Assembly: GCA_043228905.1 (NCBI GenBank)
Contig: JBHGNT010000016.1
Span: 15,066,001-15,130,000, forward strand
DNA: 64,000 nt
Source: Azolla caroliniana
Taxonomy: Eukaryota > Plantae > Polypodiophyta
Reading direction: 5' to 3'
The notes under the pieces are model-generated. The model ran no database searches. It was not told the origin of the DNA and saw only the letters and a list, made by a program, of their open reading frames with translations. The position numbers and the translations under genes are program-made. Below are positions 49,460 to 62,600 of the stretch, piece by piece (position 1 is the first letter of the stretch; each line of letters begins with the position of its first letter).

Positions 49460-51030
49460 TGTGGCTATAAAAAATAGTGTGCAGAAGCAAGTAGAAAACC
49501 GAACACAAAAACGTAGGTTTAATGGAGAGCTTGAATATACACAGTACGCGGGAGAGATAGAGAGAGAAGACACACAGGAAAAAAGAATCAATTCAAAATA
49601 ATACTCAATTTGTACATAGGATGTGCTCAGTGAGCACTTTTTATACAAGTCCATACGGACTAATAGAAGTACTGACACGTACTTCAATGCTCATAAGTGA
49701 GCTCTACACTAACTCCCAAAATATATTCCTGCTCGGAATATCTTTCCAACGGTCTCACGGTTTACGCACCGCTACGCCTTCTCGTTGCCCACCGGTTTAC
49801 GCACCAGTCTGGCCCAACCGATCAATCCCAACCAATGTTGAGCTTGTATCTCAACACTCCCCCTCAAGCTCAACTTGAGGTTCCATCTGCTCTTCCGGAT
49901 CTACGCTCTGGTTCCTTCTGGCTTCACACCTTGCTCGCGCTCCTCGACCTGTTCGATTCCACGTGCCTCGACCCTTTCGGTCGACTTGCGTGCTCGTGTG
50001 ACCCTTCTTAGCTCCGTTATTGTCGCGGTGTTGGAGCTTCTTCTGCTACCTTCTTTTCCGCTTGGTCGTCAATTGATTCAGTGTATCCAAAATCAAACAT
50101 CCGAACCGACTCACTTTCGTTCGAGTTGGCTATCTCCAACTTGTCTTCGGTCTTCTCACCCTTGATGGCTTCAGCTCTTTTTTTCGACTTCTCCCCTTAT
50201 GTCGGCTTTCGGAATCTTCCGCGGATCCGCCCTTGGCTTCTTCAGCCGATCCGAGATCGAATTCGTCATCCGACTCGGTGTCGCAGTCTTCCGGAACTTC
50301 TCTCAACCTTCCATGGTCATTCGGGACATCTCTCCCCCTCAAGTTAGGCACGTCGAGGTGACGCAACCCAAGCGCACCCGAGAATTGCCGCAACTTGTCC
50401 AGACCAAGAGGCTTGGTGAAAATGTCGGCGGTCTGCCGATCCGTCGGAACATACGGAAGTTCGACTTCACCGGAGAGGACACGCTCAAGGACGAAATGGT
50501 AGTCCGGGCGTGGAAGACAGGGTTCTTTGCTAGCTGGATGCTACTAAGGTTGTCACAGTAGATTGTCGTTGGATCGGATACCTCCACCTGCAGATACTTA
50601 AGTAGCCGCTTCAACCATATGGCTTCGCATGTCGCCACAACCGCCCCTCTATACTCAACTTCGGTGCTCAACAACGTAATTGTCGACTGCTTCTTGCTAA
50701 TCCACGCGATCGCAACACTCCCAAGAGAGAACGTGTATCTAGACGTGGATCGATGATCGGCGACATTGCCGGCCCAGTCGGCATCATTGTAGCCGACCAA
50801 CTGTGGGGTTGTACCGTTCCGATATAGTAGCCCCTGGTCCTTAGTGCCACTGACGTACTGAAGTACGTGTTGCGCACACTGAAGGTGCCCCTCGGTCGGT
50901 CGCACCATGAACTGACTTATCACCCCGATCAGGCAACTGAGATCTAGTCGGGTGATGGTCAAGTATATAAGGCTTCCGACTGTCTATCGGAACTTCGTCG
51001 GGTTGCATACCTTTCCGGAATCGGGGCAAA
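49460..51030 (-). mobile_element. Copia 3' portion: RT end, RNase H, spacer, PPT and 3' LTR (~49460-49856)
   Basis: GYNDADWAGN; IYCDNLSSIQLAKNPVFHART; AGCTTGAGGGGGAG (minus) at 49857-49870 next to LTR start TGTTGAGAT; second tract at ~50332-50343. Confidence 0.8.
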
Positions 51031-51049
51031 GCTGGGCGATCGTCTCGTG

Positions 51050-51500
51050 AGGTTCTTGGCTCATGGAAAAGAACTACCGAAGTAGTTCGCACTTCGGAAC
51101 TTGGCGGTGAAATAATTCTAGAAACTTTGTTCGGATGTCCTGGAATGTTGTGACCTCCCCCATGTCGAGGTGGGAGTACCATCGAGCAGCCAAGCCATCG
51201 AGGGATAAAGAAAATTCCACGATTTTGGAGGCCTCGATTTCTGCAGCCGATAACTGCAGCGTCGAGTGGTTGGCCTGCCATGTGGACATGAAAGCACGGG
51301 TGTGTGATTCCGCGTCGGGGCCGTCGGTATATCGTGGGTAAGTGTAAGGCATGGTATCGAGATCCGGGTCCTTAGGTAAAGCCAACAAAGGGTTAGGGTC
51401 AGGTTGGGTGACCTCTGGAGGGCTCGGCAGGGAGGTCGGTGCGGAATCAACTCGCGATTGGATATCGGGTGGCGAGGATTGCAACCGGTGAGCCTCTGAT
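51050..51500 (-). pseudogene. Ty3/gypsy gag fragment
   Basis: YPRYTDGPDAESHTRAF...FSLSLDGLAARWY...FQDIRTKFLELF. Confidence 0.65.
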
Positions 51501-51969
51501 AGTTCCTAGAACGATTGGTCAGTGACCGCCGAGTCAAAAGTTCCTTCGACTAGCTCTGGGCGTCGAGCAGGTGGTTGAGACTGGTGATGCGATTGGGCGC
51601 CATAATGGCGGCTGGAGTTGCCTCCTACGTAGTTCGCTGTGACCTTACAGCTGTAATTGGGCGTGTCAAATTGTGTTAACCGTTTCTGGGGAAACACCTT
51701 CGATGAGCCCCCAGGCTATCGGTATCAAGGGATTGTGTTACATGGAAGCCTCTTCTACACGGGGAAGAGGATAGGAGGACGAGGAGCGGACACGGGCTAC
51801 AACCCATTAGGTATAAACGTAGCTCGATTGACAAGTACGGGGAGAATACACAGATAGAAGAATAGTAAAAGCGAAACTTATATTAAATGATAAAGCTCAC
51901 AGTGATTACAGTACTCGGCTCTCGGCCGGAAACAGTTCGTGCAAAGCTCGCTGGTATGATATTAATCTT

Positions 51970-54900
51970 GCTAAAAATGGCGTGGTCGTTGTGCCATCCG
52001 GTTGTAGTATTCATGCTTGGTTGGGCACTCACTAACCATATGTGGGCCTTGGTAGTTGAAACATTTCAATTCTGACCTCCTTAGACCGTTATTGTTGCGA
52101 TGTCCCATCGACGGCCCTCGTTGTTCTCCTCTCAAGACGTACACAGGTATTTGATCGCCTTCGAAATCCACAAAGTGGGACAACACCTCTTCTTCAGCAC
52201 CATACCCTCGGTACGAATCTTCGTATTCGGAAGCGTTCGCCCCGACCTGGTTTTGGCTATCAGTGGTATATTCTAGTTCAGCGAGGCAGGTGCCGATACG
52301 TGGTAGTGGAGGTTGTTGGGGAAGTATCGCTGGTAGTTGTGGGCAACTAAGCAGTGGGGGTGAGCGTGGGTGTTCCACCATTGGTGTTTGGCCATACCTC
52401 CCGTTCAGGGCTTGCCAACAGTTCACTTTAGGATGCATCACGAAAGCTTTACACCACTTACAGTATTGCGGCCTTTGTTGGTGGAGGAGGGGTCACTCGT
52501 GCCTTGTGTGGTGACCATGGCATACTATGCACCTTACATTTTCTCTTTGGGCGTATGCTTGGGGTCTTTCTATACGGGGTGGTCTCAGTGGTGTAGGTAG
52601 AGTGGGGGTGAGGTCCGAGGATTTCTCGTGGTTGTTCGTGGGCGCTTGAGTGGGTATCCGTAACCTGCTCATTGAATCTTCGAAGGTCATCACTATTGTG
52701 CAAGCTTCAGTGAACGATCAACACATCCTGGCGATCAGGAAATTTTGGAGTGTCGGATCGAACAACCCATTGATGAAATGGCTCATCAATTTGTCATCTG
52801 ACATCTTGTCACTCGGGCTACAAAGATGGTGCAGGCTTTTCGTGTGACATATGTAATCCATGACCGTCTCGTTCGCTTCTTGGTTGAGGGCGAAAAATTG
52901 GTCAATCAGGTTCCATTTATTCCCGCGATGAGCGAAGTTTATCCAAAAATCTTCGATGACATACTCGAAATCCCCGATGATGTCTTCATTCAAGGTTCGA
53001 AACCAAATTTCGGCTTGGTCATCGAGTGTAAGCCCAAATGTGGCTACCTTGGTGGTCTCTGTGAGGGGCTCATAAACACGATAGATCTGTTTGAACCTCT
53101 CGACATGATCATAAGCGTCACGGAAACCGAGAAAACGGGATACTAGTTTAGAAATGGAAGCACTCTTCCCACTGTTGTTTGTAGGGTTTCTTGGATGGTC
53201 CGTGGGTGCTCGTTCTTTTTCCATCAATGCTACGAGGTTTTGGATGGACTGTAACGCTGGCACAAGTTCGGCGTTTGGGGGTGTCAAGGTAGTTTGGTCG
53301 GGTGTAGGAATCGTGTCCATACGTGGTGGTGTTGGGTGTCGTTGTGTGTGGGCTTCGTTTGGACTGTCGCCCGTTGTGCTCAAATGCGGTACGGGGCTAC
53401 GTTCGCGGCCTTGACGGTGCATGTGCGATGATGTTTCTAGGAGGTGAAGTTTTTGTTGCACTCGTGTGAATCTATCTTTCCTTTCTGCCAAAGCGGCTTC
53501 GATATCTTGAGTGATGCTTTCCGGTTGTCCTCCTTTCGCGAGTTGTACCGTCCATAGATTGATTTCTTGTTCTATCACCTGTAACTCCTGTGCGGTGTCT
53601 CGTATGTGTGGCTCTACGCTAAGTGGGTCTGCCATTGGGCTCTCCTGTAGAGGGGGCGTGTTGAGAGGTGCTTTAGTTCCTTAGCTCGATGGGAGGTTCA
53701 TGTTTGGTAGCGTCCCCGGAGTTAGCCACCCTCTGTGGTATCGAGTCAGGTTAGGTGGGTCAGCATCGTTTGTTTGGTTGGTTTGGGTGGACTCCTAGCA
53801 TGTGGGTCAGGTTTTAAACATCTCTGTCCATGAGGATCCGGCCATGTTTCCTTGTCAAGTTTTTGCGGGTTCGTCGAACTTTGATCTTCGTCGAAAGATG
53901 TGGGTTCGTCGAACTTTGATCTTTCATCGAAGGATGTGGGCTCGTCGAACTTTGATCTTTTGTCGAAGGATGGGTTCGTCGAACTTTGATCTTTCGTCGA
54001 AAGATATGGGTTCATCAAACTTTGATCTTTCGTCGAAGGATGTGGATTCGTCGAACTTTGATCTTTCATCGAAGGATGTGGGTTCGTCGAACTTTGATCT
54101 TTCGTCGAAGGATGTGAGTTCGTCGAACTTTGATCTTTCGTTGAAGGATGCTTCCCTTATCGAACTCTGATCTTTCGACAAACTTTGCGTGGAAAATTTG
54201 AAATTTTTGGCACCAACGGTCATTTCGTGTCCCGTAGAATGATCGTAATCCACAAGAATCGCAGTGGTTATGCTTGCCCTGCAATGGCTAAATCTCAACA
54301 ATGCTTAGCGTTAACCGAACAAATAGCTTGCTAATGTCCGGGCAATTAAGGGTAAATTAATTCTTGAAAAATAGAAAATTAACTTAGTGCAAATGTGAAA
54401 TAGTGAGTGTTTTAAAAACAGAAAATGAACTTAATTAAACTGTGAATTAGTGAGCAAAAACAGAAAATAGTGGTTCTCTTTTGATTTCTTCCTTCGTTAA
54501 GTGGGTTGCCTACGAGTTTTTGACTACTCGAAATAGGCTTCAAGCATCAGTTGTATCCCCGGCAGCCGCGCCAAATAGATGTGAAGGATCTATGTATCGA
54601 TGGAGTAAGCTCCTCGATGTCATTTGCGGAGTTCGGACCGGCGTAATACCCTTTTGATGGCGAATCGGGCGAAGATGGTTGTCAGACACCTCTGAGCCTC
54701 ACACTCACTTAACAATTAATAGATGATTAAGCACGATATCTCTCTCACTCTCTCAAGCTCACTCTCATAGAAAATGGCATAATGAATATAGACAACAAGA
54801 GTAATGAATATGTTTATTAACCCTCTTTGCTAAGAGGTCTAGCACCAACAAAGAAGAGAGATTAGTGTTCTCTAACTAAACACTTCACTAATCTCTCTTA

Positions 54901-55098
54901 AGCTTAAAGGTTACAAGAAGGAGGAGAGGAAGCTCTAGCTCTTAATCAATAAGGAGATCTTTACAAATGGGGGAACCCTTACAAAGCCACTACTATGTGG
55001 TTTATATAGCATTCACGTTTAGGGTATGGGCCTTTCACACTTCGACGTCCCTTTGCCTCTTTTCCTCTTGCTGTTTCCTCTTTGTAGGTCCTTCAACA
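51970..55098 (-). mobile_element. 5' half of a non-chromovirus Ty3/gypsy element (LTR, PBS, leader, gag with knuckles)
   Basis: LTR 54580-55098 (minus strand TGTTGAAGG...CCTTCACA); PBS TGGCGCGGCTGCCGGGGA 54556-54573 (tRNA-Asp-like, as in Athila-type elements); gag 52718-53635 (DAYDHVERF, TFGLTLDDQAEIWF, FINGL); KCFNYQGPHMVSEC knuckle. Confidence 0.78.
53866..54180. repeat. 36-bp tandem repeat, ~8-9 copies, in the retroelement leader
   Basis: Unit TGTGGGTTCGTCGAACTTTGATCTTTCGTCGAAGGA. Confidence 0.92.
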
Positions 55099-56947
55099 CA
55101 TATTACGTCCTTGTTGATGCGCTCTTATTCATGACTGGTTGTGTTGCAATCCAAGCACTTAACAATAAATCATCTTTGCAAATTTATTGTATTTTCCTTT
55201 CTCATATTTTCTTTTCATGAAGTGATTAATTGACATGTTAAGTTTTTAAGTATATGTTAATAGCTTAACTTCTTCTTAAGATTAAGGTATATTTGAGAGA
55301 TTGAGATAGATAGATAGATATTTTTAGGGTCCGTAGAGAGGCCAATATTGACCCATAGGACCCATTGAGAGGGATTTTGGTATAGAGAGAGAACGTGGAG
55401 GTAATACAAAACACCCATTGGCCATGGACACCCACCACAGACCCCTATCGAATGATAGTGTGTATGCTTGCTTGACTTGGCAATGACCTAACAAGGAGAA
55501 AACCATTAGCTATCACATTAACCCCATGACACCAATAATGATCTTGATCCACTCACATAATTACTATGCCATTTGGCACTAACAGTTTTTTATGAGCCCA
55601 AGTTTCTGTGTGAATTTTGCTAGTAAGTCAACATACATCCACTTACATTCACCTTTAACCAGTTTTGTGACAATACAAATACTCAAATTTGTACGCAAAA
55701 TAGATGACAAGTTTGAGTCTCTTATTTAACCACCCTATTATTCCACAATATTTTGACATCGACCCTTTTGAGAAACATTGGCTACGCCTAAACCCAATTT
55801 GAAAGTGTTAGTTCAAGGTCTTGCCTCTCGTCAATTAAATGACAAAAACCCCTGGAATTTTCCCATTTAATCAATCCAAACAATATAGTTTACATTAAAA
55901 AACCATTATGAGCGGTTATCAAATCCACAAGACAAATTACATCATGAATATGTGCTCATAGTGTGAAAAAAAGTAAGATGGTTGCCTTGTCCGTCATAAA
56001 TTCTTATGCTATTTTGATTCAAAACCACCTGAAATGAAGCATGGGCATGTAATCCCTATAATCCATAACCCCAATGACTTTTCTCTCCCATTTGATCGCT
56101 TTTGTGATCTCTTGTCATCATGCACTTCTTAATTAACAATGTTAAGCGCTCTTATCATGTGAGCTACCGTTTGCTCCAAACCACTCTCAAACCCTATTTT
56201 AACACATGTTCCTCTCTTCACACACACATGTCACCTCACGACAACGGCCACACATCACCTTGATTAACTTTAGAAAATTTAAACAAACTAAAGCTCGTGA
56301 TGAAGCTTGTAAGAAACGAAGGCAGAAGGTCACATTGGTGGGATCTAATTATACGCAGCACATTGACACTTGAAACCCTGCCGGCTCCAACTAGATGTCA
56401 GTTAAGATGAATGCATACCACACTAAACGAGAAGTCATGAGGAGCTAGTGGTTTCAAGTATCACAAGAATGCCCTCCTCGTATTGTTTTAATGTGTTGGT
56501 ACGAGATGGTTATGTACTTGCCATGGACAAGCAAGAAAGGAAGGAAAATGAAGAGAATGTGGTGGTTGGCTATTGACTAAGGTAAAGGTCAAAAATCGTA
56601 TCGTATCATCCTACACGCACATCATCATAGTTTTACCAACCCACCCCCAAAATAAGAAGGCCTCTCTCTAGAGGAAGGCGTGTTTTTTCCCCTTTTGGGC
56701 GGTTTCACACACGCGCGCGGACACGCGCGAATTAAAATTTAGAAACCATACGCAACTAACTAAACCCCTTCAAAAAAGCAAAAATCACAACATACGAAAA
56801 CTAAAACAAATACAAAACGAACAATAAACATAGAAGCGCTGAAATAATTAATTAATTAATTAATTATGAGAAGAAATAAATAGAGAACAAGTACATTTAA
56901 GAAAACAATTCTGATTTTCGCACGCCGGGGAAGAAAACCGACCTCAC

Positions 56948-57048
56948 GCCACGTGGCATCTTCTTATTCGCACGCATCCACGTGGCACTTCTTATTCCGT
57001 CAAAACAATTGATTTACCTGTTCCTTTCTCAGGTCTTTGCCACGTGGC
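56948..57048. promoter_or_regulatory. Cluster of three CCACGTGGC G-boxes upstream of the BZR/BES gene
   Basis: GCCACGTGGC 56948-56957, CCACGTGGC 56978-56986, GCCACGTGGC 57039-57048; telo-box-like AAACCCTAA motifs at ~57584, 57651, 57754. Confidence 0.6.
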
Positions 57049-57894
57049 CAGCAACTGTCTGATTTTCGCAGATTTGTTTTTGCATCTACTATTTTCCATT
57101 TTATATATTTATTTTTTTTCGCGATTTTCTTTCTTCGGTCCATCAATCTTTTTTTTTGCTTTTTTGGAGTTTTCGAATGTTTTTTATTTCTATTTTTCAC
57201 GGATTTTTATTTTCTTTGCATTTCTCCATTTTCACTATTAACTCTCTGAGAAAAAATAAATAAGTATCTTGTGCACGTCACGAAATAGATAAAGAAAGAG
57301 ATTCGACAACGAATCTGGAAGATTCCGGCAAATGATTCTGCCCCCCGCCCATAATTAATCTATTATTATTTTACCGCTCACTTATTTACTCTATTTATTT
57401 AAACAAAATCGTTTAATATTAAGTACATTCAGAATCCATTATTATTTTTAAATTCAATTTATAATATTTTTTACTAGCTAATTACCATTAATTATTACTC
57501 CTATTTATTTGCTTAAGTTCTTCTTCATCCAGTTCTCTCCTTAACACGACCTAGGAGAAAACAAAAATTGTCTCAGACATTTCAAACCCTAAATTAATTT
57601 TCTCTGCTCCACTAACCCTAAATCCAAATTTACCTTTGCCTTCTGCCTTAAACCCTAATAGTCTCATCCCAACTCCCTTCCAGAAACAGAAGTCCTTCTA
57701 CCGGTTACTCTGAAACACTAGCACTAATAACTAGTTTTTCTCTCCTCAGCTCCAAACCCTAATTCAATCAGAGATCTGGATTGTGAAATTCTTAAGTTAT
57801 TATTAGGATATATCGCGCCGATTTCCTGTCATAAAGAGAGCCCTAATTCTCTGCACGAACACCAGTTTATCTCATGACCTAATCTACGGATGAG

Positions 57895-58776
57895 ATGGAG
57901 ATGGAGGCGGAGGCGGATTCGAACCCTGGGCGGCTGAGGAGACAGAGCCCATCCGTGCGAGGCTGCATAAAGGCCACGTCAGGCCCATGGGTGGTGAGGC
58001 GGCCGGTGAACGGCGTGGTGAAGCCGCGGGGCGGCTGGGCGGAGTCGGAGTCGGCGCCGTCCGTACTGCTCCGCCTCCCCTCCGCCCGGGAGAGGGAGAA
58101 CAACAAGCGGCGCGAGCGGCGGCGCCGGGCGGTGGCGGCCCGAATCTTCGCAGGGCTGCGCGCCCATGGCAATTACCGCCTGCCCAAGCACGCCGACCAT
58201 AACGAGGTCCTCAAGGCGCTCTGCGATGAGGCCGGTTGGGCGGTGGACGACGACGGCACCATCCGCCGCAAAATCAAAGCGCCGCCGCCGCCGCCGCCAT
58301 TAGGCTCTGCTGACCTCAGGGCCTGTGCCGCCGCCGCCGCCACTCAGGACAGCCCCGAGAACTCGTCTTCCTGTACGGCGGCGCACGATCCGTCTGCCGG
58401 CCTCGGGTACGGCAGCGACCAGGACAGCACGGAGGCCCGCGCCGCCTCCAGGCCACCGCCGCCGCCGGAGCTGCTGCTTTTCGTGGCCGGCCCCTGCGTT
58501 GAGAATGAACCCGCAGGAGTGGCTATGGAGGAGAAGGACCTGCTGTCCCTGCGCAGCGCCACTACCGCTCAGTCTCACCTGTGGTGGCCTGCGCCTCGAC
58601 GATACAGTCACGCGAACGCTAATCACCTTCTTAATCCCAGTCACGCGAAACCTAATCACCTTCTTAATTTCAATCACGGGAACCCTAATCACTCTCTTAA
58701 CTACTACAGCCACGGTCGCCCTAATGCGGATGATGACGACGGCTTGTCTCTCACCCTCGCTCTTAATCTATTGTAG
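57895..58776 (+). CDS. BES1/BZR1-family transcription factor (single uninterrupted ORF, 293 aa)
   Basis: BES1_N domain [61 protein letters not shown]; C-terminal EAR-like LSLTLAL; GC-rich; an alternative ATG lies two codons upstream (57889). Confidence 0.92.
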   Translation: MEMEAEADSNPGRLRRQSPSVRGCIKATSGPWVVRRPVNGVVKPRGGWAESESAPSVLLRLPSARERENNKRRERRRRAVAARIFAGLRAHGNYRLPKHADHNEVLKALCDEAGWAVDDDGTIRRKIKAPPPPPPLGSADLRACAAAAATQDSPENSSSCTAAHDPSAGLGYGSDQDSTEARAASRPPPPPELLLFVAGPCVENEPAGVAMEEKDLLSLRSATTAQSHLWWPAPRRYSHANANHLLNPSHAKPNHLLNFNHGNPNHSLNYYSHGRPNADDDDGLSLTLALNLL

Positions 58777-59939
58777 ACACCACTAACTATGTTAATGATG
58801 GTTTAGCTAAAACCTGTTTAGCCCTTAACCACGATTAGCTGGGCCATGATTTGTAGTCAATCTAGCTCTTAATCATAAATGGGGAACCGTAATTTGTTCG
58901 ATATTGGCCCCTTTCGTTTGCATAGCATTAACTAATGAATGATCCATGATTGATTGCAAGCCTATATATATTGCATTCGAGTTGGATTGATAAACCTCGT
59001 TGACGATTTCGGTCTAATTGTCATTGGCAACGTAATAATTATTGCCCGTTCCCATCCATAAAATGACCATTGCATTGCTTGTCACTTGCCACTTAAACTT
59101 AGTGTGACTGTTCGGATAAAATTACCACAATTTGGCTCGATTCTTAGTGTGTAAAATATTTATATTTTCATGGTATAAGCCAACAAGCATGTAAAAGTAC
59201 GATCGGTTGATGAATTGATCGGGCACATTTATTTGTTGTCTAGTGATTGATCCAATATACTTAATTTCTTCCACACACCGACCTAATCCTTCAATTTATT
59301 CGCCATTGCAAGCATTGATCGTTCACTCTCCTTGTGTCTTTGTATTAAAGAAAATGTAACATAGTAAGGAGATTCTCAATGATGGGAGGTCTTGCATTCC
59401 CTCTAGGAAAGTGCTTTTTCTTGGGACTAGCTACAATTATTGTTGAGATATTTGCTGATTTTAATCTTAGAATACTAAAGTGTGGGAGCTTGGAATGTGG
59501 ATACTCTATTTTTAGATGAAGGATGGTATATAAAAGTAAAAGATCGTATTCAATTGGGATATTGTCTAGTTATACTTTGTAAACAATTTATGAATATGTC
59601 TCTTTGGTGTCCTTCAAGTCATTTAGAATTGGATAATTAGAGACACATACAGTTGAACCAAAAGTCTCAGCCTATTTTATTTTATTTTTCTGTTCCATAT
59701 CTAGCATACAATTGCTCTATACTATATATAGATAAAGGATAAACACACATATATCTAGTTATATACACACATAAGTAAAAACCATACATGGATGTGAAGA
59801 AACAAAAGTTTATAGTAGTTTAGATGTGCAATATTTACATTGACATATATTATAGACGTAGATTGACACATACATGATATTCGAGAATAAGAAATGGCCT
59901 TGAGAATATTATAAAACCATTTGTTTTTGTAAATAATTA

Positions 59940-59972
59940 AGTGTATAATTATGTAGTGCCAAAATAGATTAG

Positions 59973-60013
<41 letters not shown>

Positions 60014-62600
60014 AGAGAAGAGAGAAGAGAGAAGATAGGAAAACACAATAGGTTAAAGTGTATATTCACAAGAACAAGGATGACAACCAACCGATACAAA
60101 GGGAGAGAGGAGGGTGCTTATATGTATTGTCACCCTCTCTCTACATTCTCTCACTAAAATTACTTCTCAAGATGGGGGAAACTTAACTAACTCAATAACT
60201 ATGTGTTATATAAGTTATATTCTATGACACATTAGTTATTGTTACAGTGTGTTGGTGTGTTCACACACTTGCATATTCTTAAAGTGGGTTCACACCATAG
60301 AGTAAGTTGAGTTTGATTCTCAACACGCCCCTTCAAGCTCAACTTTTGATCGTTGGATAGTCAGCTTTCGGTGATGTGCGGTATAGGCTTTCAACTTAGT
60401 TGGTTTCTTGCTTCGTCCTCGGCTTTGATGTTCGACTACGTGTCACGCTTTTGGTACTCCCCCTCAAGTTCGGCAAGTTAGAGGTTGACACTCCAAGCTT
60501 GATTGAGAATTGCCAAAGCTTGTCATCCCCTACGGCTTTCGTGAAGATGTCGGTCATTTGGAGATTCCTACTGATATGTTGGAGGTCAATATCCCCCGTG
60601 ATGACACGTTCTCGGATGAAGTGGTAGTGCACCTCGATGTGCTTTGTCCCAGCATGGAAGACTGGGTTCTTAGCAAGATGGATACTGCTAAGATTGTCGT
60701 AGTCGATCAAGATTGGGTTGTTGATGAAGATGCCCAGATCTTTCAAGATCCGCTTAAGCCATACGGCTTCACATCTTGCCACGATCGTGCCCTTGTATTC
60801 GGCCTCTATGATTGATAATGCGATGGTCAATTGCTTCTTGTTGCTCCATGATATGGCTCCACTTTTGAGGGAGAAGACAAACCCTGAAGTCAAGCGTTGG
60901 TCGGCTTTGTAGCCGGCAGTCAGCATTTGTATACCCTTCAAGTCGAATCGGCATTGTTGACTTGTCAAGAATGTCGTAATCCATAGTGCTACTCATGTAT
61001 CGTAATACTCGCTTAGCACAATCTAGATGAATGTCGCGTGGTGTTTGCATGAATTGGCTAAGGAGACCGACCGGATAGGTAAGGCCGGGGCAGGTGATTG
61101 TGAGGTAGATTAGGCTTTCGACAAGTTGCCAATAGTGTGTTGGCTCACACTCTGTAGTGTCAGACTCGGCATCTAGCTTCAGATTTAGATCAAGAGGGGT
61201 TGTTACAGGCTTGCATTCCGTCATCCCGAACTTAAAGTAGATTTAAGATATAGTGCCATTGGGAGATCATGATGTCTTCAGGAGTTTGAATTACTTCAAT
61301 GCCTAGGAAGTAGTGGATCTCTTCCATGTCTTTCATCTCCAATTTGCCGGAGATGAACATCTTAATGTTGTTGATGTGAACAATGTGTTCTCCTCCAATC
61401 ACCAAGACATCAACATATATGATGATGAATATCATACCACTTGAGTCTCTTCGGATGAATAATGAATGGTGAGACTAGGACATCCAAAAGCCGATTTGGT
61501 GAAGATATTCTGTTATCTTTGAATGCCAAGCCCGCGATGCTTGCTTAAGGTCGTAGAGAGGCTTCTTGAGTCGGCATAGCACATGTGGGTGTGTGCTTGG
61601 CTTGAATTCGGGTGGTTGTAGCATGTACACCTCCTCTTCTAGCTCGCCTTGAAGGAACACATTATTCATGTCCATCTGATGAAGAGGCCACCCTTTTGCC
61701 ATCACAAGATCAAGTACAATCTAAATGGTCGTCAACTTTGCCACAAGGGCAAAGGTTTCCTCATAGTCAACCGATTTGTTGTGCCATCAACATTGTACTT
61801 CACCTTATATATCCATCTGCAGCCAATTGCTTTCTTATGTGGTGAATAGGGAACAAATTCCCATGTTCTATTCTTGTTGAGTGCTTGCACTTCGTCGTTC
61901 ATTGCTTCCATCTATCATGGATCTTGAGCTACTCCAGCAAAGCTTTTTGGCTCCTGAACGGCTGCCACCATCATCATAAAGGCATAATGGTATGCCATGT
62001 AATTATTGTAGCCTAATCAAGTGACCACGTTCTTTTCTCTAGTTGAATGCGGAGTTTCTCATTTGTCGTTGCATTTCTTCACTCCGGATGTCCTCTTGAT
62101 AGGGACCCCAAAGTCATTGTCAACTGTGTGTGCCAATCCATCCATGTCACTCTCTCGGAGTGGTCGACCTCATATTCTGGTATCTTAACCTTTCCTTTGT
62201 CCGATGTGGCACTTGTTTGAAATGAGCTTTGGTTGCCCGGAGGCTCATGTGGTCCACTCAATATGGTTGAGATTGGACTTTCCTCCGCTTCTCTTTTGGC
62301 ACATGCACATACGCAATGCTGCCAAATACCCTCAAATGTGCCAAGTTCAGCTTCCTTCCGAAGTACAGCTCATGTGGTGACACCTTTGCTCAATGTGTAC
62401 GTATCTGATTCTAGATATAGACGGCTTTGGCCCTATAGAATTTTAGCATGCTTTTCTCCTTGAGCATTGCCCTGGTTGTTTTCACAATTGTCTGGTTCTT
62501 CCGTTCGGCCCTACCGTTCTGCTCTGGCTTGTATCTACAAGAGAATTCGCACTGAATTCCTTCTTTCTGCAAATAACAGTTGAATTGGCTGGAAATGATG
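59940..62600 (-). mobile_element. Decayed copia (integrase fragment, RT, RNase H, PPT, 3' LTR ~59940-60325); same LTR family as 278 and 2102
   Basis: PEQNGRAERKNQT; LHQMDMNNVFLQG; YVDVLVI; KHIEVHYHFIRE; LTR begins TGTTGAGAATCAAACTCAAC on the minus strand at 60325. Confidence 0.85.

Noticed and set aside
53746-54301. Repeat-protein ORFs (SSNFDLSSKDVG, FDERSKFDEPTS)
   Set aside because: By-product of a 36-bp tandem repeat with frame-breaking indels in the retroelement leader
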